64,000 nucleotides of DNA from Felis catus (lineage: Eukaryota): positions 109,990,001 through 110,054,000 of the forward strand of contig NC_058373.1 of NCBI RefSeq assembly GCF_018350175.1, in the 5' to 3' direction. The position numbers were made by a program, and so were the translations under genes. The notes beneath the pieces were generated by a model that saw only the letters and a list, made by a program, of their open reading frames with translations, was not told the origin of the DNA and did not search any database. Below, in pieces: positions 1-11,499 of this stretch. Within the stretch, counting starts at the first letter, position 1; each line of letters opens with the position of its first letter.

Positions 1-660
1 GCGGGGAGAGTTGTGTGGAATCGGTGCTGCTCGAAACTACGTGAGCCACCTTATTAGATGGAGCTTGAGAAGTTCCGTGTAACATTTGCCTTTGTGGACG
101 CTTGTTATTTCCGAAAGTTATTATTTTCCCCTCCCCTAATGGAAGGGAGCGTCTGACTGGATGCTAGCAGGCACGATTGTGTACAAGCACCAGCAAGTCA
201 GAGCCAAACCGAGAGGCTTCTTTGTAGCCGCTCTATACTTCTGCATCTCTTTCTTTTTAGAAGTTCGTTTGATTTCAAGCAACTTTCATCTGCTGTTTTG
301 AAAGTTTCCATAGCTCCGAAGTCCTCCTTGCAGATATTATATGGTTGTGCTAGGATGAGTTCGGCCGCGTGTAGGGTTGGGGGTTACAATTAAACATCTG
401 AACCATACCTGGCCCTTTGCCGCTCTGGGTCCCTGCCATTGAGACCTTGTAAATATCGCCAGGAGAGGGTGTTCACCTTTTATGAGATGGAATATTTGGC
501 GTGTTTTTGTACGTGAATGCATGACTCCTTCTTTAGTTTTATTTCTGGAAAACTGGTGAGACTTCCAGAGGCTTTTCCTGAGATAATTACTAAACGGTCT
601 TAGCCCCGCCATTATGGCCCCCTGCCCCAAAGCACCACGAGGGAGAAGGGAGCAGGTGTA
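1..660. promoter_or_regulatory. CpG-retaining unique sequence, likely downstream flank of a promoter CpG island / start of intron 1
   Basis: Many intact CpGs (e.g. ATCGGT, CTCGAA, TCGGCCGCGT, CCCCGCC) in non-repetitive DNA, unlike the CpG-poor bulk of the window; no SINEs until ~1020. Confidence 0.5.
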
Positions 661-1020
661 ATCCTCATTAAGTTGTTGTTGGTTTTTTTTTTTTTTTTTT
701 TGGTGATAAAGACTCTGGAGATGTCAAAATAAATAAAAAGTGGAAATTCTTAGTTCTTTGTTCACCTGTTTCAGTTCACTGAGCCTTATTTGAATTCAGT
801 AAAAATAAAAATCAAACCAGTTTGGGTCAGCTTAACCTTGTACATTAAGATTACTAAAAAAAAAAAAAAGATCATGTGAGTTAAGTTCACCCAATTAGAA
901 TTTTTACAGACATTTCAGTGCCTTGGTGCTGATTGTGTTTGCGGGATACTGCAGTATGTTTAGAGAACTGAGTCACAATGGGATTATTCTAGGTAGTGCC
1001 CTCAGTAGTTTAACAGTTTA

Positions 1021-1210
1021 TTTATTTTTAATGTTTACTTTTGAGAAAGAGACAGAGTATGAGTGGGGGAGGGGCAGAGAGAGAGGGGGACCCAGAATCC
1101 GAAGCAGGCTTCAGGCTCAGAGCCTGACCCGGGCCTTGAACCCACAGACCACGAGATCATGACCTGAGCCGAAGTCAGATGCTTAACCCACTGAGCCACC
1201 CAGGTGCCCC
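1021..1210 (-). mobile_element. CAN-SINE
   Basis: Reverse-complement SINE head at 1210, CT-rich body and A-tail; flanking TAGTTTAACAGTTTA / TAGCTTAACAATTTA TSD. Confidence 0.9.
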
Positions 1211-1349
1211 TATGGTAGCTTAACAATTTAAAGTAAAGCTCAAAAACAGAATCAGCCATGCCTTGATAAGTAAGGAACAGGGTGAAAAGCAATTGATTAA
1301 TTTGTCATTACTCATCATATGTTTTTAATATAGATTTTTAATAACTTCA

Positions 1350-1950
1350 CGAAATTATTCATTTACTCAAATAAGCTTTTACCATATGTCGGCCACTGTG
1401 CTGAAATCTGGAGTTGCAAACAAAAATAGTTACCATTTATGGAGTGCTTATTCTGTACCAGTAAATGCTTTGCATAGATTACCTCATTCACCTAATACAT
1501 ATTTATTGAGTGCCTACAGTGTATTGTGGTAGGTGCCGGAGTTAACAACAGCACGGGGACTGCTGTGGTTCCCGCCAGCAGCGGGGAAGATGTGGGGAAG
1601 ATCCACAGAACGTGAAAAACATTAGCAAACTAATTGCAGATTTTAAAATGTCCATCACATCGCACACTTCCCTGTTGAAAGCCCTTCAGTGGTTTCCCAT
1701 CCCTGAGTGGAAGGCAGACCTGACTGCGGGCCCAGAGCTTACCCACGTCTGGTCCTCCTCCTTCCCCAGTGCTCCACCTTTTTGCTGTACTTCTTCTTGC
1801 TCATACTTCTGCAGCCAAACCAGTTTCCTTGCTGTTTGAGGTTACCTTTGGACTTGCTGTTGCCTCTGCCTGGAATGCCCCCGGCCCAGCCCTCATTTCT
1901 GTCTGGCTCCCTCCCTGACCGCCTTCACTTCTTTCCTCATTATTGTGTTT
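1350..1950. mobile_element. Old L2/MIR fragments
   Basis: L2 3'-end-like ATTTATTGAGTGCCTAC and L2-like AAAGCCCTTCAGTGGTTTCCCAT...TGCTGTTGCCTCTGCCTGGAATGC. Confidence 0.6.
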
Positions 1951-1956
1951 TCAGAA

Positions 1957-2081
1957 GGGCACCTGGGTGGCTCAGTGGGTTGAGCGGCCAACTCTTGATT
2001 TCAGCTCAGGACATGATCTCACAGTTCATGACACGTGGGTTCACGTCAGGGCTCTGCGCTGACAGCACGGGCCTGCTTGAG

Positions 2082-2141
<60 letters not shown>

Positions 2142-2197
2142 CCTCCCATGCATGCGCTCTCTCTCTCAAAATCAAGAAACTTAAAAAGAAAAAAAAA
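1957..2197 (+). mobile_element. CAN-SINE with expanded (CT)n
   Basis: GGGCACCTGGGTGGCTCAG head, long (CT)n at ~2084-2138, A-rich tail. Confidence 0.9.
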
Positions 2198-2479
2198 TTG
2201 TGTTCTCAGTGAGCCTTGGCAAAACCCCAGATTTAAAATCACAGCCCCTCTTGCAACCCCCGTTCCCTTTCCCCTGTTCACAATTTATTTTTCTCCAGGG
2301 CACTTATTTATTTATTTTTTAAGTTTTGAGGGAGAGAGACAGAATGTGAGCAGGGGAGGGGCAGAGATGGAGAGGGACGCCCAGAATCCGAAGTAGGCTC
2401 CAGGCCCCGAGCTGACAGTGCAGAGCTCTCCGTGGCCCTTATGACGGTGGAACTAACATACTCTATTTTTTACTCATTT

Positions 2480-2960
2480 GTGAATGGTCCGTCTTCCCCC
2501 ACTGGATTGCACTCCATCCATGCTGTCGTGGCCACTGTTGTAGCCTCAGACCCTGGAACGGTGCCTGGCGTGCGGTAGGGCCTTGAGAACTATTTGTTGT
2601 GTGAACGTTGAATAGAAGGAAGGAGACCATGAGATGCTGAGACCGAGACCAGGGGCTCCTGTGTTACTAGTGAGACGGCTTCTCTGTGGAGCTGACAGTT
2701 AAGCTGTGTCTTTGATGAGAAGGAGCCGGCCATGTTGTTGGGGCGGGAGATGGTGGGGAGGATAGAGACTTGGAAGAAGATCAGCAGTGGAAATAGCATT
2801 GAGTCAGAAGTGAGCTGGGTGGCGTGTGGATTTGTTGGAACTAGGAGAAGCTGGTTGGGCCTGAACACTGTCAGCTGGTGGGAAAGGACTAAGTGAAGAC
2901 ACGGCGGTAATCAGGGGAAGGATGGAGCAGGGCCTTCCTTGTAGGCCAAGGTGTGGATAA
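2480..2960. mobile_element. L2 fragments
   Basis: L2 3' end (ACGGTGCCTGGCGTGCGGTAGG...TATTTGTTG) followed by antisense L2-like sequence. Confidence 0.55.
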
Positions 2961-3589
2961 ATTCCCATTGAATCCTCATATAGCCTATGAGCCCCGGTTT
3001 ATAGGCTCTAAAACTGGGCATCAGGTAACCTTCTGAGGTTACCTGGTAGGTGAATGGCAGAGCCTAGGATAGGAAACCAGGCTCTCTGACTTCAAAACAC
3101 TTACATTTGACCATAATGCCAACATCAAAAGACAGAGTCCCTGTCTCGATGGATGAGCCGTGGCAATATATATGTGACAGTGCTGGAAAAGATGCGTTCT
3201 TCGGGACTGTGGTGGGAAGAAGGCACCTGGTTCTTCCCGGGCGTGGAACAGGCCAAACTGGAAACCCCAAAGCATTTTTCCTTTTTTTTCTTATTATGAA
3301 CTATTTCCCATTGGCTACATCTTAATTAAGAAATCACGTTAATGTTAAATGCGACAGCCTGTTGTTCAGGGTTTCACTGTGCATTCACTTTTTATCCTTG
3401 CTTTCACATCGACCAATGACCTGTGTCATACGCCCCCCTTTCCTACTTTTACCAAGTAAAGGAGTGGGTCTGGAATAGTGTAGAATCCCTTAGGTTTAAA
3501 GCCTGTAATTCTTCACTGAATTGCAGGTTATGCTCTTTTTTGATGGTTATCTTACACTGTCTGCACTTTGTGGTTTAGTGTGATAATTC

Positions 3590-3818
3590 TTTTTTTTTTT
3601 TTTTTTTAGTTTAAGTTTATTTATTTATTTTCAGAGAGACAGAGACAGTGTGAGTGGGGGAGGAGTAGAGATAGGGGGAGAGAGAGAGAATCCCAAGCAG
3701 GCTCCGCACTGTGAGTGCAGAGCCTGATGTGGGGCTCGAACTCACGAAACCGTGAGATCATGACCTGAGCGGAAACTGACAGCCAGATGCTTAGCTGACT
3801 GAGCCACTCAGGCACCCC
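3590..3818 (-). mobile_element. CAN-SINE
   Basis: Full element with perfect TSD TAGTGTGATAATTCTT (3576-3591 / 3819-3834). Confidence 0.92.
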
Positions 3819-4649
3819 TAGTGTGATAATTCTTACACTGGCTCTGGTGAGTATAATTGACACATGGTAAGCCACACGTTTAGAGTGTGAAATTCGCCAT
3901 GTTTTTAACTTCTGTGTAGACTTGTGAAGCCATCTCTCCTTTCAGCCCCTCCCTACACCTGCATTCTCCTACCCCAGACAGCCAAAGATAGCTTTCTGAC
4001 TCTATGGATTAGTTGGTATTTTTAGAATTTTACGTAAATGGGATCATATAGCAGGGTCTCTTTTTTGTCTGGCTTCTTTCACTTAGCATAATTATTTTGA
4101 GATTCCCCCACATTGCGTGTATCAATGAGTCATTCCTTTTTGTTGCCGAATGGTATTCCACTGTATGGATATGCCCCGGCTCGTTCATCCATATACCTAT
4201 TGATTGGCATTTGGCTTTTTTTTTTTTTTTCCAGTTTTTGACTATTAAAAATAAAGCTACTGTGAACATTATACAGTCTTGTGTAGGCATCTGCTTTTAT
4301 TTCCCCAAGGTAAGTGTTTAGGAGTGGAATGGCTGGATCACATGGTAGATCTATGTTTTGGAGCGGTTATACCATTGTACATTCCCAAAGTTGTGTGCGA
4401 GACTTCTACATCCTTGCCAACACTTGGTATGATCAGGCTTTTCATAGACTTCTACTAGAGATGTAGTGGTATTCTCAGTGTGGTTTAAATTTGCATTTCC
4501 CTGATGACTAATGATACGCTTATTTCCCACCCATATATCTTCATTATTGAGGTTTTTTGTGTATATTTTTTGCCCATTTTTTTTTATTGGGTTGGTTGTT
4601 TCCTTATTGAGTTTTGAGAATTCTTTATATATGTATCATATATATACTT

Positions 4650-5425
4650 ATTTTTTTCTTCAATATATGAAATTTATTGTCAAATTGGTTTCCATACAAC
4701 ACCCAGTGCTCATCCCAAAAGGTGCCCTCCTCAATACCCATCACACCCCCTCCCCTCCCTCCCACCCCCCATCAACCCTCAGTTTGTTCTCAGTTTTTAA
4801 CAGTCTCTTATGCTTTGGCTCTCTCCCACTCTAACCTCTTTTTTTTTTTTTTTCCTTCCCCTCCCCCATGAGTTTCTGTTAAGTTTCTCAGGATCCACAT
4901 AAGAGTGAAAACATATGGTATCTGTCTTTCTCTGTATGGCTTATTTCACTTAGCATCACACTCTCCAGTTCCATCCATGTTGCTACAAAGGGCCATATTT
5001 CGTTCTTTCTCATTGCCACGTAGTACTCCATTGTGTATATAAACCACAATTTCTTTTTTTTTTTTAATTTTTTTTTTTCCCAACGTTTATTTATTTTTGG
5101 GACAGAGACAGCGCATGAATGGGGGAGGGGCAGAGAGAGAGGGAGACACAGAATCGGAAACAGGCTCCAGGCTCCGAGCCATCAGCCCAGAGCCCGACGC
5201 GAGGCTCGAACTCACGGACCGCGAGATCGTGACCTGGCTGAACTCGGCCGCTTAACCGACTGCGCCACCCAGGCACCCCGATAAACCACAATTTCTTCAT
5301 TCATCAGTTAATGGACATTTAGGCTCTTTCCATAATTTGGCTATTGTTGAGAGTGCTGCTGTAAACATTGGGGTACAAGTGCCCCTATGCATCAGTACTC
5401 CTTATCCCTTGGGTAAATTCCTAGC
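4650..5425 (-). mobile_element. Young carnivore/felid L1, 5'-truncated 3' end, split by a SINE
   Basis: Typical 3'UTR AAATTTATTGTCAAATTGGTTTCCATACAACACCCAGTGCTCATCCC; TSD ATATACTTATTT (4642-4653 / 5426-5437). Confidence 0.88.
5052..5279 (-). mobile_element. Young felid CAN-SINE inserted in L1
   Basis: CpG-rich young subfamily; TSD ATAAACCACAATTTCTT (5039-5055 / 5281-5297). Confidence 0.93.
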
Positions 5426-5449
5426 ATATACTTATTTATTTATTTATTA

Positions 5450-6063
5450 TTATTTTTTAATGTTTATTTATTTTTGAGACAGAGAGAGACAGAGCATGAA
5501 TGGGGGAGGGTCAGAGAGAGAGACACACAGAATCCGAAACGGGCCCCAGGCTCTGAGCCGTCAGCACAGAGCCCGACGCGGGGCTCGAACTCATGGACCG
5601 CGAGATCATGACCTGAGCGGAAGTCAGCCGCCCAACCGACTGAGCCACCCAGGCACCCCTACTTATTTATTTTTAAGAAAGAGAGAGAGAGAGCGTGCAC
5701 ACAAGCAGGGCAGGGGAGGGGCAGAGAGAAAGAGGAAGACACAGGATCTGAAGTAGGCTCCAGGCTCTGAGCTGTTAGCACAGAGCCCAATGCAGGGCTT
5801 GAACTCACGAACCAAACCATGAGATTACGACCTGACTGGGAGTCAGAAACTTAACCAACCGAGCTGCTCAGGAGCCCCACTTTTTTTTTTTTTTTTAATT
5901 TTTTACGAATTATTTTTGAGAGAGAGAGAGGGTGACAAAGGATCTGACACAGGCTCTATGTTGACAGCAGAGAACCTGATGTAGGGCTTGAACTCATGAA
6001 CCTGGAGATCAGATCCTGGGCTGAAGCCAGATGCTTAACCAACTGAGCCACCCAGGTGTCCCC
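5450..6063 (-). mobile_element. Three tandem CAN-SINEs (~5450-5659, 5660-5878, 5881-6063)
   Basis: Three successive reverse-strand SINE bodies, each ending near a CAGG(C/T)(A/G)CCCC-like head. Confidence 0.88.
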
Positions 6064-6434
6064 CCACGGATTCTTTATATTTTCTAGAAACAAGTTCTTT
6101 ATCAGATACATTATTTGCAATAGTTACTTTCAGTCTATTCCTCGTCTTATGTTCTCTTAACTGTATCTTTGAAGATCAGAAGTTTTAAATTGTAATGAAG
6201 TCCAATTTATCAATTTATTCTTTTATGAACTGTACTTTTGATATGGTACCTTGAGAAATTTTTGCCTAACTCAAGGTGACAAAGATTTTTTTCTAAGAGT
6301 TATAAAACTCTTAGGAAAGCTCTATCAAAGAATGTAAACCTATAAACTTTTCATTTTACATTTAGGTCAGTTTACTTTGAGTTAATATTTGTTTACAGAG
6401 GGAAATGTGGGCTGAAGTTTACCCTACTGCTGCT

Positions 6435-6644
6435 GGGAACCCTTGGCGATTTCTAGAGACCGGTAACGTATGGCGGCGATGTCTTGTGTGTGTTAGGGGT
6501 TGGGGGGGTGGGCGGCATTTGCTGTTGGCATCTAGTGGGTCAAGACCAGGGATGCTGTTCAGGAACCTACAGTGAACAGGAGAGATCCTCTAAACAAAAA
6601 ACCATTGCGACAAAGCGTCAGTAGCGCCAAGGTTTAGAAGTCTG
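6435..6644 (+). mobile_element. MER20-like hAT DNA transposon fossil
   Basis: TGCTGTTGGCATCTAGTGGGTCAAGACCAGGGATGCTG...GTCAGTAGCGCCAAGGTTTAGAA matches the MER20 consensus as I recall it. Confidence 0.75.
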
Positions 6645-6649
6645 TCACT

Positions 6650-8100
6650 TTAATTGACCTTTTCGATGAACCGGCTCTTGGTTTTATTGATATTCTCTTT
6701 TGTTTTTCTGTTTTCTATTTAATTGACTTTTCATTCTGATCCTTGTTATTTCCTTTCTTCTGCTCTTATTCTAGTTTCTTTAGGTCACTGATTTTGTGAC
6801 CGTTTTTCTTTTGCTGTATAGATGTTTAGTGCTGTACATTTCCTCCCGGGTGCTGTTTTAGTGACATCTCACAAATTTCGATACGGTGTGATTCTATTTT
6901 TATTCAGTTCAAAATACTTTAAAACTTTGTTGTTGTTGTTGTTGTTATGTTCTCGGACCCTGAGCTACCCAGCAGTATATTGCTTGGTTTCCAAATATTT
7001 GTGGATTTTCCAGAGATCTTTCTGCTGCTGATTTCTAATTCAATTCCATTATTGTCAAAGAGCCGTACTTTGTGTGGCTCAAATCCTTTTACGTTTATGG
7101 AGAATTATAGCCCAGAATATAATTTCTTTAAGTAAATGTCTCATGTGCACTTGAACAGAGTGTGTATTCTTTTTTTTTTTAATTTTTTTTTTCAACATTT
7201 ATTTATTTTTGGGACAGAGAGAGACAGAGCATGACCGGGGGAGGGGCAGAGAGAGAGGGAGACACAGAATCGGAAACAGGCTCCAGGCTCTGAGCCATCA
7301 GCCCAGAGCCCGACGCGGGGCTCGAACTCACGGACCGCGAGATCGTGACCTGGCTGAAGTCGGACGCTTAACGGACTGCGCCACCCAGGCGCCCCCAGAG
7401 TGTGTATTCTGATTGCACCATGTCAGAGGAATATCAACAGGACTTATCCCTGTTCAGGTTAACCTTGATCACCTGGCTGAGGTACTGTTTGTCAGGGTTC
7501 TCCCCTGTAAAGTTACTTTTTTTTCTCCCCCTTCTGTACGTGCTTTTTGGTAAGGGAGTCACTATGTGTAGCTCGTGCTTAAAGAGTGGAGAGTTATGCT
7601 TCACTGCCTTGAAGAGTGTTACTTTTTTATCCAGTGTGATGAACTCTGTCTGTTAATTGGGTTGTCTAGACCATTTATATTTTAAGTGATTATGAATATG
7701 GTTAGGTTTAAATCTAGAACCTTGCTAATATGTTTTCTGCTTTTCTCATCTGTTCTTTGTTCCTTTTTTCTCCTTTTTGGTCTTTGTTTGGATTTATTGA
7801 TTTTATATATATATATATATATATAATATATATATATTTTTTTTTTTTTACTATTTTTGTATATAGTAAAGGATAGAAAATTTTTATATATAGTAAAGAT
7901 ATCCTTTTTTGGCTTATTAGTTATCATTCTCTGTTTTGTTACTTTAGTGGCTGCTTTAGGGTTTATAGTATACACCTTTAACTTACACAGTTTACCTTCA
8001 AGTGTTATAATTCCATCTCGTGTATGGATGAAAAACCCTGTTTGTAATAGTATATTTCCATTACTCTCCTCTTGACCTTTGTGTTATTGTCATATATTTA
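6650..8100 (-). mobile_element. Old L1 fragments, including an L1MC4-like piece at ~7410-7620, interrupted by a SINE
   Basis: Antisense L1 ORF2-like T-rich sequence; GTTAACCTTGATCACCTGGCTGAGGTA...CTGTAAAGTTACT is typical of the L1MC4 3' end. Confidence 0.7.
7170..7395 (-). mobile_element. Young felid CAN-SINE
   Basis: TSD CAGAGTGTGTATTCT (7156-7170 / 7396-7410). Confidence 0.93.
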
Positions 8101-8166
8101 AAGAAGTAGTGAAATTCAGAAATCAGAACATAGTTCATTTTCTTTAAAAAAATTTTTTTTTTTTTA

Positions 8167-8589
8167 GGGGCGCCTGGGTGGCTCAGTCGGTTAAGCGTCT
8201 GACTTCAGCTCAGGTCATGATCTCACAGTGTGTGGGTTCAAGCCCCACATTGGGCTCTGTGCTCACAGCTCGGAGCCTGCTTCGGATTCTATGTCTCCCT
8301 CTCTCTCTGCCTCTCCCCTGCTCATGCTCTGTCTCTCTCTGTCTCAAAAATAAACATAAAAAAATTAAAAAAAATTATTTTTTAATGTTTATTTATTTTT
8401 GAGAGAGAGAGAGAGAGACAGAACGTGAGCAGGGGAGGGGCAGAGAGAGACGGAAACATAGAATCTGAAACAGGCTTCAGGCTCTGAGCTGTCGGCACGG
8501 AGCCCGATGTGGGGCTCAAACTTGTGAACCGTGAGATCATGACCTTAGCCGAAGTCAGCGCTTAACCGACTGAATTGCTTAGACGCCCC
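8167..8589. mobile_element. Tail-to-tail CAN-SINE pair (+ 8167-8375; - 8378-8589)
   Basis: The + SINE sits in the A-tail of the - SINE; outer TSD CATAGTTC(A/G)TTTTCTT. Confidence 0.88.
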
Positions 8590-8999
8590 AGCATAGTTCG
8601 TTTTCTTACGCCAGATCTGCTGACTTGCCATGGAGCAGATCATTGCTATGATGCAAAGATACTTCAGGAAACTGGAGGGTATTAGAACATTCAGAACACC
8701 CGGACTTGGAGAACTCTCCAGACAGGCACTGCAGAGCGTGTTGTGCTTCTTTTCTTTCCTCTGGGCAACATTAGGAGGAAGAAGGTGGATGGGGAAAAGG
8801 AATCAGTCCACCTGTGCTGATATTTTCCAGGCTCTGAGAAACTTCAAAACATGAGTTTGGAAGCATTCCTTTCTTTGGATGGCGTGTGAGATGAAACGTA
8901 CTCGGTTATAGCTCCTCAGGTCAAAGTAACACATTTGACAAAAGTGAACCTCAAGTTTCTGCTTGTCAGAGTCCATATTGGATTGAAAACTCCAGTCTG

Positions 9000-9190
9000 A
9001 GGGACGCCTGGGTGGCTCAGTCAGTTAAGTGTCTGACTCTTGATTTTGGCTTAGGTCATGACCTCTCAGTTCCTGAGATTGAGCCCTGTGCTGGCAGCAT
9101 GGAGCCTGCTTAGGGTTCTCTCTTTCTTCCTCTCTCTGCTCCCCCGCCCCTCCTCTCAAAGTAAATAAATAAACTAAAAAAAAAAAAAGA
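9000..9190 (+). mobile_element. CAN-SINE
   Basis: TSD AAAACTC(C/T)AGTC(T/C)GAG. Confidence 0.88.
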
Positions 9191-9607
9191 AAACTCTAGT
9201 CCGAGATGCAGCTCTTGGATCTCTCAAGAATTTGCCATCTACTTGTTGCTCTGGTTCCAGCTGACTTTTGGTCTTGCTTTGAGTATCGCCAGTGTTTGCT
9301 GTTTGTCGTCAGTGAGTAGCTTCTGTCTATCCGGGTATGCAAATGTGTCCCTATTCTGAATATTAACACACTGGCAAACACTTTAAATGAGTGGGAAGAC
9401 TCCATTCACTCAACAAGTTAATTTATCTTGGAAATATTTATTGAATCTGGGCTCTGGAACATTTCTGAAAATTTTTGTCCCTTGCTCTTAGAAAGGCAAT
9501 TGTCCAATAGGGGCAAGGCCCACACGCAGAGGAGCATGGAATCCAGCGTGGTAACTGGTGATCCCTGCAAAGGAGACACGAACAGGGCAACGGGAGTGAG
9601 CTTAACA

Positions 9608-9763
9608 CAGTGCTTGCCTGATTGTGTTCTGGGGACCAGCAGCATCGATTCTACCGAATCGGAAACCTTGAGGGGGCGGGGATGGGGGGGGGGCGGCGGC
9701 AGTCTTTGTTTAACAAGCCATCCAAGTGATTCTGATGTACGCTCTCAAGTTTGTGAACCACTG
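9608..9763 (+). mobile_element. MER5A-like hAT MITE
   Basis: CAGTG...GGACCAGCAGCATC...TTTAACAAGCCATCCAAGTGATTCTGATG...AAGTTTGTGAACCACTG, with CAGTG/CACTG termini. Confidence 0.78.
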
Positions 9764-10349
9764 GCATAGAGGATTAGATGATCTCTGAGATTTTTTTCAC
9801 AGCTCCAAAATTGTAGGAGTATGATTTAGAAATGTGATATTTACTCCATTGTCCTCCCCACCCCGCTTATGCTCTAACAATTTATGAAGTGCATCACCTT
9901 AGTTCCAATGTGTGTTTTTATTACTCGGTTTCCCCTCTTGTATCCATTATTCATTATGAAGTACGGTATTGGTGTCAATGATTCCTCATTATGTTTCCTC
10001 ACGTCTTTGCCTCCTTACAGATGACAGCCAGCCTACAAAGAACAGCACTTGTGCCGCAGAGTATCAGTCCATAAAATACCAAGTCCTTCCTTACTAAAGT
10101 TAGCTCACTGCTAATTAAGGGTTTTCTCCCATATCATTTAGATTAGGAGCCATTGTGAAGTGCTTTGGGTATACGGGGTTGTATGTGTCTCCACGTATTT
10201 CCCAGTGGGCACCATTGCTTTCCTATGTAGTGTCATGTTCGCCAATGTGAGTTGACGGTTTCCAAGGCTAAGCCACATCTGAGGGTTTTGTAGCCAGGGA
10301 TGTCCAAGGCATTTATTGCCCCACCGTTTGTGTGTTTGTTTCTTTCTTT

Positions 10350-11010
10350 CATAAGAGTTTATTTGAGAGAGGAAGAGACAACGTGAATCGGGGAGGGGCA
10401 GAGCGAGAGGGAGAGAGAGTCCCCAGCAGGCTCTGCAGCCCGGTGCGGGGTTCAAACCCACAAAACTGCAAGATCATGACCCGAGCAGAAACCAAGAGTC
10501 AGACACTCAGCTGAGCCACCCAGGAGCCCCAATGCCGCACAGCGTTGGGTAGGGGCCCCCCGGGTGGCTCAGTCAGTTAAGCGTCTGACTTCAGCTCAGG
10601 TCATGACCTCACGGTTCGTGAGTTCGAGCCCCGCGTCATGCTATGTCTCTCAAAAATAAATAAACGTTGAAAAAAAAAAAAATAAAAGGAGTGTTGGCAC
10701 TGATGAAGTGTCATGTAAAACATTAATTGCTATGTGGGTAAAACAGAAACTCAAAATTGTGAAGTTATGTCTGACCACTGGAGCAGTAGTAAATTGGATT
10801 TTATTTTTATTTATTTAGTTTTAAAATGTTTATTTATTTATTTTGAGAAAGAGAGAGACTGAGAGCACGTGGGGGGGGGAGGGTCAGAGGGACAATCCCA
10901 AGCAGGCTCTGTGCTGTCAGCGTGGAGCTCGAACCCACAAACTGTGAGATTGTGACCTGAGTGGAAATCAAGAGTCGGGGGCTATACTGACTGAACCACC
11001 CAGGTGCCCC
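10350..11010. mobile_element. Three CAN-SINEs (- 10350-10530; + 10552-10686 internally deleted; - 10800-11010)
   Basis: SINE heads and tails recognisable; the + copy jumps from CCCCGCGTCA directly to TGCTATGTCTCTC. Confidence 0.85.
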
Positions 11011-11449
11011 GTTAACTGGATTAAAAAAAAACGTTATTACGAAAATTTTCACGTATATTCAAAAGCAGAGATCATAGTGAAATGAACTCCTGTGTCAATA
11101 GTACTCAATATCAGTAATTATTAAATCCTGCCAATGTGGTCCTACCTGTATGTACCTTCACTTACCACCCCCCCCCCCATGCTGGATTATTTTGAAGTAA
11201 ATTCCACATATATTATTTCATCCGTAAGTAATTAGATTTTAAATTATTTGAGCTGTTAAGATGCTAGAGATAAATATGAAACTGAATCACAAATAGGCAT
11301 TTCATGGTTACACATTAAATTATAGATCCAGTTTATCTGGAGTTCACTTACACAAAAGGTAAAACAGAACAGTCGTGTGGAGACGTGTACATAGATTCCT
11401 ATCAAAATTCGCTAAAAATAAATATACTGGCTATATCAGTGAATACATT

Positions 11450-11459
11450 CTTTTTTTTT

Positions 11460-11499
<40 letters not shown>

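Larger units (their letters stand above)
3860..6400 (-). mobile_element. Old L1M 3' region (ORF2 end and 3'UTR), interrupted at 4633-6070 by younger insertions
   Basis: Antisense L1 motifs TGTCTGGCTTCTTTCACTTAGCATAAT and ATTTGCATTTCCCTGATGACTAATGAT; ORF 4030..4290 resembles the L1 ORF2 C-terminus (MFTVALFLIVKNWK...EYHSATKRN). Confidence 0.85.

Noticed and set aside
1707..2396. Longest ORF (229 aa)
   Set aside because: Runs through an L2 fragment, a SINE with (CT)n and a second SINE; no protein resemblance.
10021..10074. Acceptor-like CCTCCTTACAG followed by ATGACAGCC...
   Set aside because: Reading frame stops after 17 codons and there is no strong donor; unsupported without RNA data.
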